Assembly (NCBI GenBank): GCA_046538485.1
Contig: JBKHIT010000005.1
Location: forward strand, 64,001 to 128,000
Source of the DNA: Candidatus Brocadiia bacterium
GTDB lineage: Bacteria; Planctomycetota; Brocadiia; SM23-32
Direction: 5' to 3'
Length of the DNA: 64,000 nt
How positions within the stretch are numbered: the stretch's first letter is position 1; the number at the start of each line of letters is the position of its first letter. This document shows, piece after piece, positions 18,542 to 28,287 of the stretch. The notes under the pieces were generated by a model. It saw only the letters and a program-made list of their open reading frames with translations. It searched no databases and was not told where the DNA came from. Both the position numbers and the translations under genes were made by a program.

Positions 18542-20809
18542 CTATTCCTGGTCGGGCGTTTCGTATTCTATGGGGGAGGCAACCTCAAGAAGTTTTTTTA
18601 ACAGTTCTATTTCCTGCTGCAATGTGTCGTCATCGATACTCTTCATTTCGCTTCGCATGTGCTTAAGGAAAACGCGGAAAAGTGGAGTGTAGGGCGGTGA
18701 AACATTCAGTTTCACCGATTTTTGTTCCCATTTCCCCAGCGGTTTGCCGCCGTTCTGTGCGACGGGGATCCCGTTTGGAAACGAGACGGATGGCTGCAAC
18801 GCGTTATCGTTTTTAAGCTTCCTTCTCTCGTCGCGGCACCAGTGCTTCAGCAGGTCCGCATATCGAGCAAGTAGTAAGGCCTTGCGAATTCCTGAATTAT
18901 CGTAATACTTTTCCTTTGTGCTCGGGAAAAAGGCGGTTTGTTCGATGCGGTGGCGTTCGCCGGTCCTGTCCGTATAGGTAACCTCGAGACCCAGACGGAA
19001 TTCGCGTGCGTCCTGGCGATCGAGTTTAAGAAGAATGACGCCTCCGCGGGTACCTTCCTCTTTTGTTGGGGAAGCGAAAAGAGTGTCCACGTGCATTACC
19101 TGCCATTTTTGACCTTTTCGGCTTGGCGCGCCGTAGGCTTTTTCGAGGGAGTATCCCTTTGCATTCAGGCGGAGATTGAGATCGAAGACCAGCGGGGTGA
19201 CCATGAACGCGAATTCTTCTCCGAGACGTTTTTTAAACTCATCCGGCCTGCGCGGACAGTAGTAGTTTGCGCCACGTGTCTTGGTGATGGTTTCAACGAG
19301 GTCGGTCTGGAAGTCGATTCCAATGCCGAGGAAAGTGGTATAAATGCCGTTTTTGGCGTTATCCTGGAACATCCTGTGGAGACTTCCTTTGCCGGTAGTG
19401 CCCATATTCGGCATGGCGTCGGTGATGAATATTATGCGGTTTTCCCGTTTTGTCGGATCAATTTGCCCGATGGAACTGAACTGTTTGGTGGCTTTTTTCA
19501 TCCCCGCCGACAGTTTCGTTCCGCCATCCGCTTTGAGGGATCTGACGACCAGGTCGGTAAAGTTCCGAAGGTCGGTGTCAAAGGGTGCGAGCCTGCGGAC
19601 AACGGTGGAATGGTTGTTGAATATGACCAGACCAAGTTGATCGCCTTCTTTGAGCTGTTTAACTGTCCCCCGCAAGGCGTCACGCGCCAGGGAGATTTTT
19701 GAGCCGTAGGTTGCTTTCTTCTTTTTGGTGCTGGGGCCGTCGTAATAATACCGACTAAAAGCAGAACTCATGGAACCGGAGATATCCAGCACGATGACGA
19801 GGTTGAGTTTTTTACGCTGGAACTCTGAAACGTCAATATTCGAGGTAAGCCCGACGGTCATGAAAAATTCCTTTTCGTCGCTTAACGGGTCCGGCGAGAT
19901 GGCCATAGAGTAAGCGGGCGCAAACAGTTTGTCCGTTTTTACTGGGGTACCGGTGTCGAAGTAATAATCGTAGAAAAGCCCTTCGCAGGTAATAGCACTG
20001 GGACGGAGAAGGTATCCATTTTTGATATTTTCACGCATGGTGTTCACATCTTTTGCGCCGCCAGTAGCCATGCCAACTTTTTTTCCCGCAGCAGATGAAA
20101 AAGACGTGCTTCCTCCACTCCCTTTGCCACTTACGATTTTAAATGAGTCCGCTTCTTTTTCCGGTTTCTTCTTTTTCTCCACGAGTGCGTTGATCGCATC
20201 TTTATGGTTTTGACCTTCATCCCGCATTTGGAAATAGCGGCGGACTTTGGTCACATCACCTTTTAGTTTTTGCCAGGCTTCCCTGCAATGCGCCCGAGTG
20301 TATTTGCATTCCTCCTGCTCTCTGCCATTTGATTCGGCCTTTCGACGTTGCTCCAGTGCTTTTTTGCCGTTTTCTATGCCCCCGGCCCGCCATCGGAAAT
20401 ACAGCTTTCGTTTTTTCTTTGCTTTCTGAAAGATTGGGTTCCTGAACACCCGGCGAACTTCACTTTCGGAGAAACCGTAATCGGTAACCCATTCCCAGTA
20501 CTCTTTGAACAGGCCCAGGTCATTTCGGCACAAACGGAAGCTTTGCTCGAAATTCTTTGCTGAAATATGCTTGTTGGCCACGTCATTGAAGGTGCGGATG
20601 AAGGCTATGTCGTAGTGACATTGACGGAGAACTTTGATGAGTTCACCTTCATCCAAACCGGCTTCCTTGAGTTTCAAAAGTTCTTCCTCAATTGTTGTTG
20701 GCCTGGCTTCTGCCGTATCTTTTTGCTTTTTTGCAGCACATTCTCCGGTTAGAAACGCAAAGATTGCGAATCCAGCTATAATTACTGCGTTCATCTTGAT
20801 TTGAGTCAT
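18542..20809 (-). CDS. Secreted von Willebrand factor A domain protein
   Basis: Signal peptide; MIDAS DISGSMS, GGT and ITDAMPN motifs. Confidence 0.85.
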   Translation of the reverse strand: MTQIKMNAVIIAGFAIFAFLTGECAAKKQKDTAEARPTTIEEELLKLKEAGLDEGELIKVLRQCHYDIAFIRTFNDVANKHISAKNFEQSFRLCRNDLGLFKEYWEWVTDYGFSESEVRRVFRNPIFQKAKKKRKLYFRWRAGGIENGKKALEQRRKAESNGREQEECKYTRAHCREAWQKLKGDVTKVRRYFQMRDEGQNHKDAINALVEKKKKPEKEADSFKIVSGKGSGGSTSFSSAAGKKVGMATGGAKDVNTMRENIKNGYLLRPSAITCEGLFYDYYFDTGTPVKTDKLFAPAYSMAISPDPLSDEKEFFMTVGLTSNIDVSEFQRKKLNLVIVLDISGSMSSAFSRYYYDGPSTKKKKATYGSKISLARDALRGTVKQLKEGDQLGLVIFNNHSTVVRRLAPFDTDLRNFTDLVVRSLKADGGTKLSAGMKKATKQFSSIGQIDPTKRENRIIFITDAMPNMGTTGKGSLHRMFQDNAKNGIYTTFLGIGIDFQTDLVETITKTRGANYYCPRRPDEFKKRLGEEFAFMVTPLVFDLNLRLNAKGYSLEKAYGAPSRKGQKWQVMHVDTLFASPTKEEGTRGGVILLKLDRQDAREFRLGLEVTYTDRTGERHRIEQTAFFPSTKEKYYDNSGIRKALLLARYADLLKHWCRDERRKLKNDNALQPSVSFPNGIPVAQNGGKPLGKWEQKSVKLNVSPPYTPLFRVFLKHMRSEMKSIDDDTLQQEIELLKKLLEVASPIEYETPDQE

Positions 20810-21087
20810 TTGCTACTCCCTTCCTTCAGGAACATTGACCCGGTCTGAATGTGCTAAAACCAGCCTGCATCTTACGGATGCAGACTACATAAAAGCGCGC
20901 ATGCCGTTCAGGAATAAGAACTTACGGTAACAAAAAGTGCTTCCACCTTCCGGTCGGCGCTATCGTTGCGGAAAATGTCGGTACCTTTCCTGTGAGGACG
21001 CAGTCAAAGGTAATCGTTTCTTACTGTAGTGTTCGGCTTATTACAGATCACTGATTTTAAGCTGTCATATTTTGTGCGCCGTTTTTT

Positions 21088-21350
21088 TAGCCCGGATTTT
21101 CTGTTGTAGAGACGCCTTCAACGGTACCCGGTAAACAAAAGTGGTGCGATTGGACAACAGTTAGATCAAATTATCCGTAAAATCCAGATAGAAAACATAC
21201 ACTTTAAAAGTTTACCTGCTGGATCTTCCTCTCGCAACAATTGCTTTTAGCCCGAATTTTTGGCTGAGAAGGGTTATGAACCGTGTTCCATAAAGATTCT
21301 ACCCTGATTGGCCAAGAATGACTTCCAATTATCCGTAAAATCCGGGCTAG
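21088..21350. mobile_element. Two tandem degenerate MITE-like units (21088-21191 and 21248-21350)
   Basis: Each unit of about 103 bp begins TAGCCCG(G/A)ATTTT and ends AATTATCCGTAAAATCC(GGGC/AGA)TAG, forming terminal inverted repeats. Confidence 0.55.
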
Positions 21351-21420
21351 GTTTTGCCGTCTCGGCGGAAACTGGCAGGAAAGAGAACGATTGGAATAAT
21401 CGCCAGTCCGCTCGAGGATG

Positions 21421-21921
21421 TTATATCCAGCGTCCCACGTCCTCACTGTATGTTTCGTAGGAGTCGCCGAATTGTTCTTTCATAATTTTTTCTTCCTGAC
21501 GAATGTACACCCTGTCGACTATCTCCACGAATGCTGTGAGAACAGCCCACGGGAGGACGGTGCCGAGAAGCATCGCGACACCGGTCAAGACGGCTGCCAT
21601 GCCGAGATACATGGGATGGCGGCTGAAACGGAAAGGCCCTTCGACGATGAGCGAGGTCGGGTTTTCCGAGGGTTTGACGGTTGTGTTCGCTTTCTTAAAA
21701 AGCCGATCCGCCCAGATGTTCAGGATTATACCCGCCAGAATGAGAGGGAGCCCGATGTAGTTGAAGGGGACGGGTATGACCCGATAGATGGGAAGGAAAA
21801 AATGCAGGCCAACCATCGCGATGAGGGAGAGAAAAAGTAGAGTGAGAGGTTCGATCTTTTTCAGCAATTTCGTCATCTCCTGGTATTGAGAGGTGGGTTG
21901 TGAAACTGCGATGGTGTTCAT
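21421..21921 (-). CDS. Isoprenylcysteine carboxyl methyltransferase / phospholipid methyltransferase family protein
   Basis: LIVEGPFRFSRHPMYLG and EE...FG..Y..Y...V.RW motifs; multiple TM helices. Confidence 0.9.
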   Translation of the reverse strand: MNTIAVSQPTSQYQEMTKLLKKIEPLTLLFLSLIAMVGLHFFLPIYRVIPVPFNYIGLPLILAGIILNIWADRLFKKANTTVKPSENPTSLIVEGPFRFSRHPMYLGMAAVLTGVAMLLGTVLPWAVLTAFVEIVDRVYIRQEEKIMKEQFGDSYETYSEDVGRWI

Positions 21922-22280
21922 CGGCCATGATAACTTCTGGAGTTGGTTGTGGCAATCGGTGTGGAAAAATCAAATGCGAAGGGCGGAGAAGTGAAATGGC
22001 GCCCACCGCAAAAAAGGACTGGATGGCACCTATACGGAGGGGGGCAGGCGGTGACGCAAGACTGCTCGATCCGTTTTGAAACAAATGGTACAATCATGTT
22101 CCGAAGATGTACGGTACAAGTTATGTCCGACCGGGCCGTGGGTGGTGGCCCTGGGCCACATGGGAAGGATGGAACGTGGACTTGATTACGTGACCCACCT
22201 TCTGATGGGTGGGATTAAAGTTGGCCAACCCAGTGTGAGAGGAAGATGGTTCGGAGACTGCTATTTTCGTCGGTGGTATC

Positions 22281-23924
22281 ATGAGAAATTACATTATTTG
22301 CATATTTCTGGTCATGACGATAATTTCCATATCGGCGCAAGCAGACGAATTTTATGTCCATAACCGCCTGGGCCGGGATGCTTATGAAGGCACGGCGCGA
22401 GAGCCGGGGGAGAAAAACAGCGGCCCCTTTCGGACTATCCACCGGGCTCTGAAAGAAGCCGGTGCCGGCGATACCATCCATCTCGTCCCAACCGATCAGC
22501 CGTATCGCCAGACCGCCAACTTCTACGGTCATACCGGCGGGGAAAAGAATAATCCCCTGGTGCTCAATGGCCACGGCGTGACTCTCAAAGGTTCTGATCC
22601 CGTGCCGGCGGAAGGCTGGAAACGCTGGAAGGACGGCGTTTACACGCGAGGCGACATCCGGCCCCGGGGATTTATGCTGGTCGAGGGGGAAATGGTGTTT
22701 GCCACGCGCAATTTCAACGTGCTCAAGCCAGGCGAGATATGTCACATGCCTGCCTGGGGTGGTCGGCTCTACCTTTATCCTCCCAGAGGTGAAAAAGCCT
22801 CCGATTGCAAAGTACGGGTTGGCATGCCGGATGGTTCAGAAAAAAATCTGGAACCAGAACGCTGGCATCATTCGCACAGCAAGATCGGCGCGGTTCGTCG
22901 CTACCCGCTCAGGAAAAGACCTGAATGGGTGGAGCTTAACGGCGAAAAAGTTGAGCTTGTGCTCGCGCGAGACAGGCTGGACCCTGGCGCCTGGTCGGTG
23001 CATAGGGGGGCAGTATACTATCGACCGCCGGAGGGCAAGAAACTGAAAGAGCTTCAGATCGAGTTTGTCGTGCGCGGGAACGGAGTGCAGATAACCGGGA
23101 AGACCTCCCACGTCGTTGTCAAAAACATTAACGCTACAAAAGTTTACAACGATGGATATAACATCCACGGCGCGGCGAAAGATTGCCGGTTTTATAATTG
23201 CAATGCTCATGATTGTGGGGACGAAGGGTTCAGCGCGCACGACCGCTGTGAAACGTTTCTGGACGGAGCGGTTTATCGCAATTGTTCGAACGGTATTGCG
23301 AATGTCAATACACACGGGAGCTCTATTACCCGCAACGTGACCATCCTTGAATCTCGGGCCGTGGGCTATCTGATTCAGGCGCACGGCAATGCTCCGGGGA
23401 CAGTTCACCATGAGCTTGAGAATGCCGTGTTCATCGATAATCCCACGCAGATAAACGGAAGCAATATCACGGTGCGGAACGTTCTGATCATCAAATCGCC
23501 GAAAAGTGGTAAGCGTGGCTTCCGGCCGATCGCGGCGGGCAGGAGCCTGCTCGTGAGAAATTCGACGATAACGAGTGGGACGATTCGTGTCGGCAAGGGA
23601 AAACTCCGCATTGAGGACAGCTTGGTGAGGTCCGGTTTTCACGTGCGGGCTGATGAACCGCTTGATCACCTGTCATTGGAAAATGTAATGTTCGTGGGCA
23701 GCGCGCAGATGGAGTGGGGCAGCCGGTATCCCTGGAAACGCCGTCCGCTAAAAGAGTGGCTGGCGTTGGCAAAGAAAAATGGAGCAGCGAAAGGGTGTCG
23801 CGTCGGAGACCAGTCTGTTCTGCCGGAGGCCATCGAATCGCGCGTGTTGCCGGAAAAGTTGCCCGAAGGAGGCTGCGATGCGCACGTCTGGAAACGGTAT
23901 TACGACATGCGACCCGAAAATTAA
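22281..23924 (+). CDS. Secreted right-handed parallel beta-helix (pectin lyase-fold) protein
   Basis: Signal peptide; 'FYV...G.D...G......GPFRTI..AL..A..GDTI', 'NDGYNIHG' and 'GDEGFSAH'. Confidence 0.8.
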   Translation: MRNYIICIFLVMTIISISAQADEFYVHNRLGRDAYEGTAREPGEKNSGPFRTIHRALKEAGAGDTIHLVPTDQPYRQTANFYGHTGGEKNNPLVLNGHGVTLKGSDPVPAEGWKRWKDGVYTRGDIRPRGFMLVEGEMVFATRNFNVLKPGEICHMPAWGGRLYLYPPRGEKASDCKVRVGMPDGSEKNLEPERWHHSHSKIGAVRRYPLRKRPEWVELNGEKVELVLARDRLDPGAWSVHRGAVYYRPPEGKKLKELQIEFVVRGNGVQITGKTSHVVVKNINATKVYNDGYNIHGAAKDCRFYNCNAHDCGDEGFSAHDRCETFLDGAVYRNCSNGIANVNTHGSSITRNVTILESRAVGYLIQAHGNAPGTVHHELENAVFIDNPTQINGSNITVRNVLIIKSPKSGKRGFRPIAAGRSLLVRNSTITSGTIRVGKGKLRIEDSLVRSGFHVRADEPLDHLSLENVMFVGSAQMEWGSRYPWKRRPLKEWLALAKKNGAAKGCRVGDQSVLPEAIESRVLPEKLPEGGCDAHVWKRYYDMRPEN

Positions 23925-23952
23925 TCGCAGAAGACGGTGGCAACGCTCTTGA

Positions 23953-24179
23953 AATATTCTGCTGGTCCCGGATATCGAGGCGGGGACATGCTCGCCAAAT
24001 CCCTCGTGTATTTTGCCGTTTGTCGGCAGGCAGGTTTGCTGGCCGGATCACGGTCTCCGGTTGTGCTGACGAACCGGGCGGATACCGCGGAGTCGAAGAT
24101 GTATTCGATGGCTGCCGGCGTTTTGACGGTCAATCGAAAGCGCGCTTTGCAGCTGAAGATCGGCAAAATGCACTATTGA
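23953..24179 (+). pseudogene. 3' remnant of a phosphate butyryl/acetyltransferase (ptb-like) gene, frameshifted
   Basis: Reads ILLVPDIEAG / frameshift / MLAKSLVYFA...AGLLAGSRSPVVLTNRADTAESKMYSMA, which matches the Ptb C-terminus; no 5' part present. Confidence 0.75.
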
Positions 24180-24185
24180 TATCGG

Positions 24186-26084
24186 TTATTCGTTCTTTAT
24201 TTCGGGGTAGAAATAATAGGTTTCAAGGATAATACAGCAGGCGGCTGTGGTTCCTATTCGCCCCAGGCGACCGCTGATCCACTTGCTTTCAACGTAGAAA
24301 CTTCCTTCATCGCCTGTTCGTTGGGTCCCCCGCGGGTGCACCTGCATTTTGGCAATGGTTGGCATTACCTGCCGTTCCCAGCCTCGCCATTGAGGACCTC
24401 CCATTTGGAAGAGACCCTGCGTGGCGTAGATCCACATGTAGATATTCGGTTTGTATTCTGAGATCGAAACGTCCTTGAGGTAGGCTGCTCCCGCCTGAAC
24501 GGAGCGTGCCCGGTTACGGGTTCCCATAAAAATCCGGCACAGGATGCTGGCAGCCGTGTTGGCATATGTGCCAGAACCACTATTCGATCCGCTCGGATCG
24601 AGTTTGTAAAAAGCTTCCCCGTATTCTTTCCCGCCTTCCTGGCCCGAATAGACGGTTATTTTGTCCCAGAATTTGCGGCACCAGACGAGGTTTTCGGCCG
24701 GGACTTCGAGTCCGGAGCGCCGAGCGGTTTGTAGTGCCATGCTGCACCAGGAGGATACCGAAGAATCGGAGACTTTTGAGTTGGGGTGGTAACGCCATCC
24801 CATATTCTCTGTCTGGGCCCAGCACAGGAAATCAACGGCTTTCTGGGCGGGCTCTTTCAGATCCAAATCCCGCGTGACCCCCCAGAATTCGATCAAAGCA
24901 TGGGAACAGATGGCGTGGATGTACATATTGTTACTGAACCCACCATTATCGTTTTGCTTCTTAATCATCCAGTCCAGCGCTTTTTGGACGGTTTCTTTGT
25001 ACTTTCCGTGCCGGTGTGTATATCCGTGGCCGCAGAATGCCATCAAAGTTAAACCGGTAGCAGGCAAATCCATTCCAGGCCCGATTGATCCGATACCCGG
25101 GCGGGGGATTTCTTCATCCCATTCAACGACACCCTCTTTTTCCTTTTTCCGTTTTTCTTTGATTTTTTCCAGCGTAACGTTTTTGTACCTGGGATCATCG
25201 GCCCAGAAGTTATCCACGTCCCAGAACCCTTCTTTTGCCTGGTGTTCAGCGAGCCATTTCAGACCTCCGCTGATGGCATTGACGATTCCACGGCGGTATT
25301 TGGGATACGCTTTTCGTCGCAACGCCATGCTTCGAGCTCTGGGCGTTCGGCACTGGAAATTGAAATCTTCTACCATCGGCCAGTCTTTAATTTCCTCTTC
25401 CACTTTACATTCTTCCGGAGCGGGTAATTGTTCAATTTTGTCTTTGTGTTTCTCCCACCATTTATTCCATCGCCGTGAATCGACCGGGAGTTTACATCCC
25501 GTAAGTTCTACCAGCGCATTGTAGGCTTCCAATCTTGCTTCTTTGTAAATTCGGGTTGTCGTACCCGCAAGAAGTGGAATGGCTGCGGGATTTTTGAGTC
25601 TTGCTGCGTAACGTGCAGCAACAGTTCTGACTTCTTCTTCGCGGGCTTTCAACCCCTTGAGGAGGCCTTCAAGCGCTTTTTCGCTCGTGTTGAGGCCGAG
25701 CCCCCGGACCAGAGCGGCGCGGACTGCGGCTGTCCCTCTCCCGCGGAGTTTAGCTATCTGTTCTATGGCGCGGTCGACGGCTTTCTCGTTCTTGAGTTCT
25801 CCAATTTTCTCAGCTGCCGTGTGGCGGATAATAAAATTTGAGCGGTTATCGGGCACTTGTTTGAGCAAGTCAACGATGAAATCAACGAAACCCGGTTCAT
25901 CGAACTGGCCCATTTTCAGTAGAATTTCCGCGCGTGCATAGGGATGAGACGTCTCATTATACTCTTTTTGAAACTTCTGGATTGCTTCTTCAAGAGCAGC
26001 GCTTTTATCGGCCTCGCCTGGCGATGCGACGTTGATAGCCAGGGCAAATACCATAAGAAACGTCAGGTTCTTTTTCAGGTTCAT
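24186..26084 (-). CDS. Secreted HEAT-repeat protein with prenyltransferase/squalene-oxidase repeats
   Basis: RBS GGAGGTG; signal peptide; HEAT helices, then GLKWLA..Q..EG.W, ALDWM...Q...GGF and GWRY motifs. Confidence 0.8.
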   Translation of the reverse strand: MNLKKNLTFLMVFALAINVASPGEADKSAALEEAIQKFQKEYNETSHPYARAEILLKMGQFDEPGFVDFIVDLLKQVPDNRSNFIIRHTAAEKIGELKNEKAVDRAIEQIAKLRGRGTAAVRAALVRGLGLNTSEKALEGLLKGLKAREEEVRTVAARYAARLKNPAAIPLLAGTTTRIYKEARLEAYNALVELTGCKLPVDSRRWNKWWEKHKDKIEQLPAPEECKVEEEIKDWPMVEDFNFQCRTPRARSMALRRKAYPKYRRGIVNAISGGLKWLAEHQAKEGFWDVDNFWADDPRYKNVTLEKIKEKRKKEKEGVVEWDEEIPRPGIGSIGPGMDLPATGLTLMAFCGHGYTHRHGKYKETVQKALDWMIKKQNDNGGFSNNMYIHAICSHALIEFWGVTRDLDLKEPAQKAVDFLCWAQTENMGWRYHPNSKVSDSSVSSWCSMALQTARRSGLEVPAENLVWCRKFWDKITVYSGQEGGKEYGEAFYKLDPSGSNSGSGTYANTAASILCRIFMGTRNRARSVQAGAAYLKDVSISEYKPNIYMWIYATQGLFQMGGPQWRGWERQVMPTIAKMQVHPRGTQRTGDEGSFYVESKWISGRLGRIGTTAACCIILETYYFYPEIKNE

Positions 26085-26323
26085 AATCACCTCCCGTCGG
26101 GTGTCGCCACCGCAAACCCGTTTGTCTTTAGCATAGTGACCCCTCCAACAACCAGTCTGCCTATGAAATATAGTCCTGCGAAACATCATTTTCAACCTAA
26201 AAACATGATTCTTATGACCTGTGAACCTTCGTTATTTTCCAGGTTCAGCTGACAAAACTTTGCGTCAAGCATAACTCATTCTGTAGACTTGGTGGTGTCC
26301 GGTTATTTGCAAAGGAATAGAGA

Positions 26324-27505
26324 ATGCACGATTTGCCAGCAAAAAAATTATTTGTGACACAAAATGCTCGCGATTCCGAACCCGCGGCAGCCAGAGTCGG
26401 AAGTCTACGAAATGGCATGGGTTGTCCACCCATGGAGATGCTGGATTCCGAACGGTTCAACGAGGTTTCGTGCGAGTGGACCGAGGAAAAACAAAAAGGT
26501 TTTGATACGCGTACCGGATCCTGCGATTACGAAGCGGGCTGGAAGGTTATTCTTACGACCTATGGCGATGATGAAAGGTTTCTTGATACCTGGACGCTTC
26601 GCGATGCAAAAAAGGAAGCCAGCCAGGGACGCGTGTGCCAGACAGCTGCCGAAATCCATTGCGCTTATGGTTGTCCACACCGTTGCGCTTATTGCCATAC
26701 GACGCCGACTTTCCACATTGCATGCGATCTTGAGACATTGGCCGGGGAACTGCCATCTTTGTTCGAGAAATACCCCCGGCAAAAACTGTGGAAATTCGAT
26801 AATTGGACCGATACGATCACGCTGGAGCCAGAATATGGAGCCAGCGTGCTTTTTATCCCGCTTTTTGCGGACACGACAGACCAATTTCTAATGCTCTACA
26901 CTAAGAGTGATAACGTCGAGCATCTCCTTGATTTGCCTCACGGCGGGCAGACAATCATCTGCTGGAGTCTGTCAGGGTTATCCCAGAGTCGGGAGATCGA
27001 ATTGGGCGCGCCGGACATGTACGAGCGTATATCGGCTATGGAGCAGTGCCAGAACGCGGGCTATACTGTCAGAGCGAGGATTTCACCTATTGTCCCGGTG
27101 AGGAACTGGGAACAGGAGCTTGAAGAACTTATTGACAGCTTTCTCCCGCTAATTCGTCCCGATGTCATAACGATCGACGTAATGGGGTGGTGTCAACCCG
27201 AAGCCGTGCCCGAATTCATGGATGTCGAGCTTCTCGATCCAGTATACCGCCAGGCGCTTGAGGAAATGCTCGAGTCCGGTTATGTAACTGAAGGGAAACA
27301 TCTTTTCTCTCACGAGTTGCGACTTCCGCTTCTACAACACACGGTCGACTTGATTCGGCAAAAAGATTCCGATCAACCCGTTTCCATTTGCAATGAGACG
27401 CCTCAGATGTGGGGCGACCTTTCGGGGTTGTGCAAGATGCAAAAAGAAAACTATGCCTGCTGCTGCGGTCCCGATAGTGTGCCCGGTCACCCGTTGCTGA
27501 CCTGA
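26324..27505 (+). CDS. Radical SAM protein, spore photoproduct lyase-like
   Basis: GCPHRCAYC (CxxxCxxC), YTKSDNV, WSLS, 'IE.GAP...ERI' and RISPIVP motifs. Confidence 0.8.
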   Translation: MHDLPAKKLFVTQNARDSEPAAARVGSLRNGMGCPPMEMLDSERFNEVSCEWTEEKQKGFDTRTGSCDYEAGWKVILTTYGDDERFLDTWTLRDAKKEASQGRVCQTAAEIHCAYGCPHRCAYCHTTPTFHIACDLETLAGELPSLFEKYPRQKLWKFDNWTDTITLEPEYGASVLFIPLFADTTDQFLMLYTKSDNVEHLLDLPHGGQTIICWSLSGLSQSREIELGAPDMYERISAMEQCQNAGYTVRARISPIVPVRNWEQELEELIDSFLPLIRPDVITIDVMGWCQPEAVPEFMDVELLDPVYRQALEEMLESGYVTEGKHLFSHELRLPLLQHTVDLIRQKDSDQPVSICNETPQMWGDLSGLCKMQKENYACCCGPDSVPGHPLLT

Positions 27506-27521
27506 GCCGGGGCACTAATTT

Positions 27522-28286
27522 TCAGCAAACGGGACGGTTCTCATGATTCTCTTCGTCGAAGAATTCTCCTTCGAATGAACGTATGAGGGTCGTGTATACG
27601 CGCAGCTGCATCAGGTTTTCTCCTTCCTGGAGTTCACCGGCGGGGACGAGGCAACGTCGCGGTTCCCACAACAGCTCATGATATTCACCATCGTTGAAAC
27701 GCACCATGGCGGCCTGGTGAAATGGGGTTTGGAATTCAAACTTCAGAAGTAATTCAGAAGCCTCCGGAATCTCCCCGATGTTGGAAACTTTCTGGTAGTC
27801 GAGGATTCCGGAATAATAGGGGAGGCCATTGTCGGTATAGCATTCAAACTGTCCTTTTCGTCGGGGAGGAATAAGGGCTGGTGGGTCCGCCTCCACGCCA
27901 AAATCCCCGGCAAGGTACAGGGGGTTACGCAGGCCTTCTTCGAAACGGTCAGTTTTTGAATTTACGCAGAGGAGGTTACTACCGGTTTTCAAATGATCGG
28001 TGATATCAGCCCCGAGGCTTCCCCGCACATGCGAATCGGTGCGCTTAAACTCCTCGGCTGACAGCGAAGCCGAGTCGTTGAGGCATATTTCCCATTCTCC
28101 CTGGATCGAATCCGGTTCCATGACGAGTTCCACCCGTCCGTCGAAACGATTCAAAAACTCGAATTCATAGCGGAGATACATTTGGGGGAGGTTCAGATCG
28201 GGAAGAGCGCCGAATTTCTCCCGGATTTCGGGTGCGAACCTGAATGAACCGGCTTCCAGCTGGTTGATAAGGGGGACAGCCGGCAC
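27522..28286 (-). CDS. C-terminal beta-sandwich portion of a GH106-like glycosidase (probably split from the upstream ORF)
   Basis: 'LYLAGDFGV', 'GLPYYSG' and 'LLWEP...L.EGEN...LRVYTT' are typical of GH106-like C-termini; starts 1 bp after the upstream stop. Confidence 0.6.
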   Translation of the reverse strand: MPAVPLINQLEAGSFRFAPEIREKFGALPDLNLPQMYLRYEFEFLNRFDGRVELVMEPDSIQGEWEICLNDSASLSAEEFKRTDSHVRGSLGADITDHLKTGSNLLCVNSKTDRFEEGLRNPLYLAGDFGVEADPPALIPPRRKGQFECYTDNGLPYYSGILDYQKVSNIGEIPEASELLLKFEFQTPFHQAAMVRFNDGEYHELLWEPRRCLVPAGELQEGENLMQLRVYTTLIRSFEGEFFDEENHENRPVC

Positions 28287-28287
28287 C

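Noticed and set aside
21943..22270. Short ORFs and weak motif look-alikes (LDYVTHLLMG; YRCHP..GG)
   Set aside because: They are too short and lack an RBS or an extended frame.
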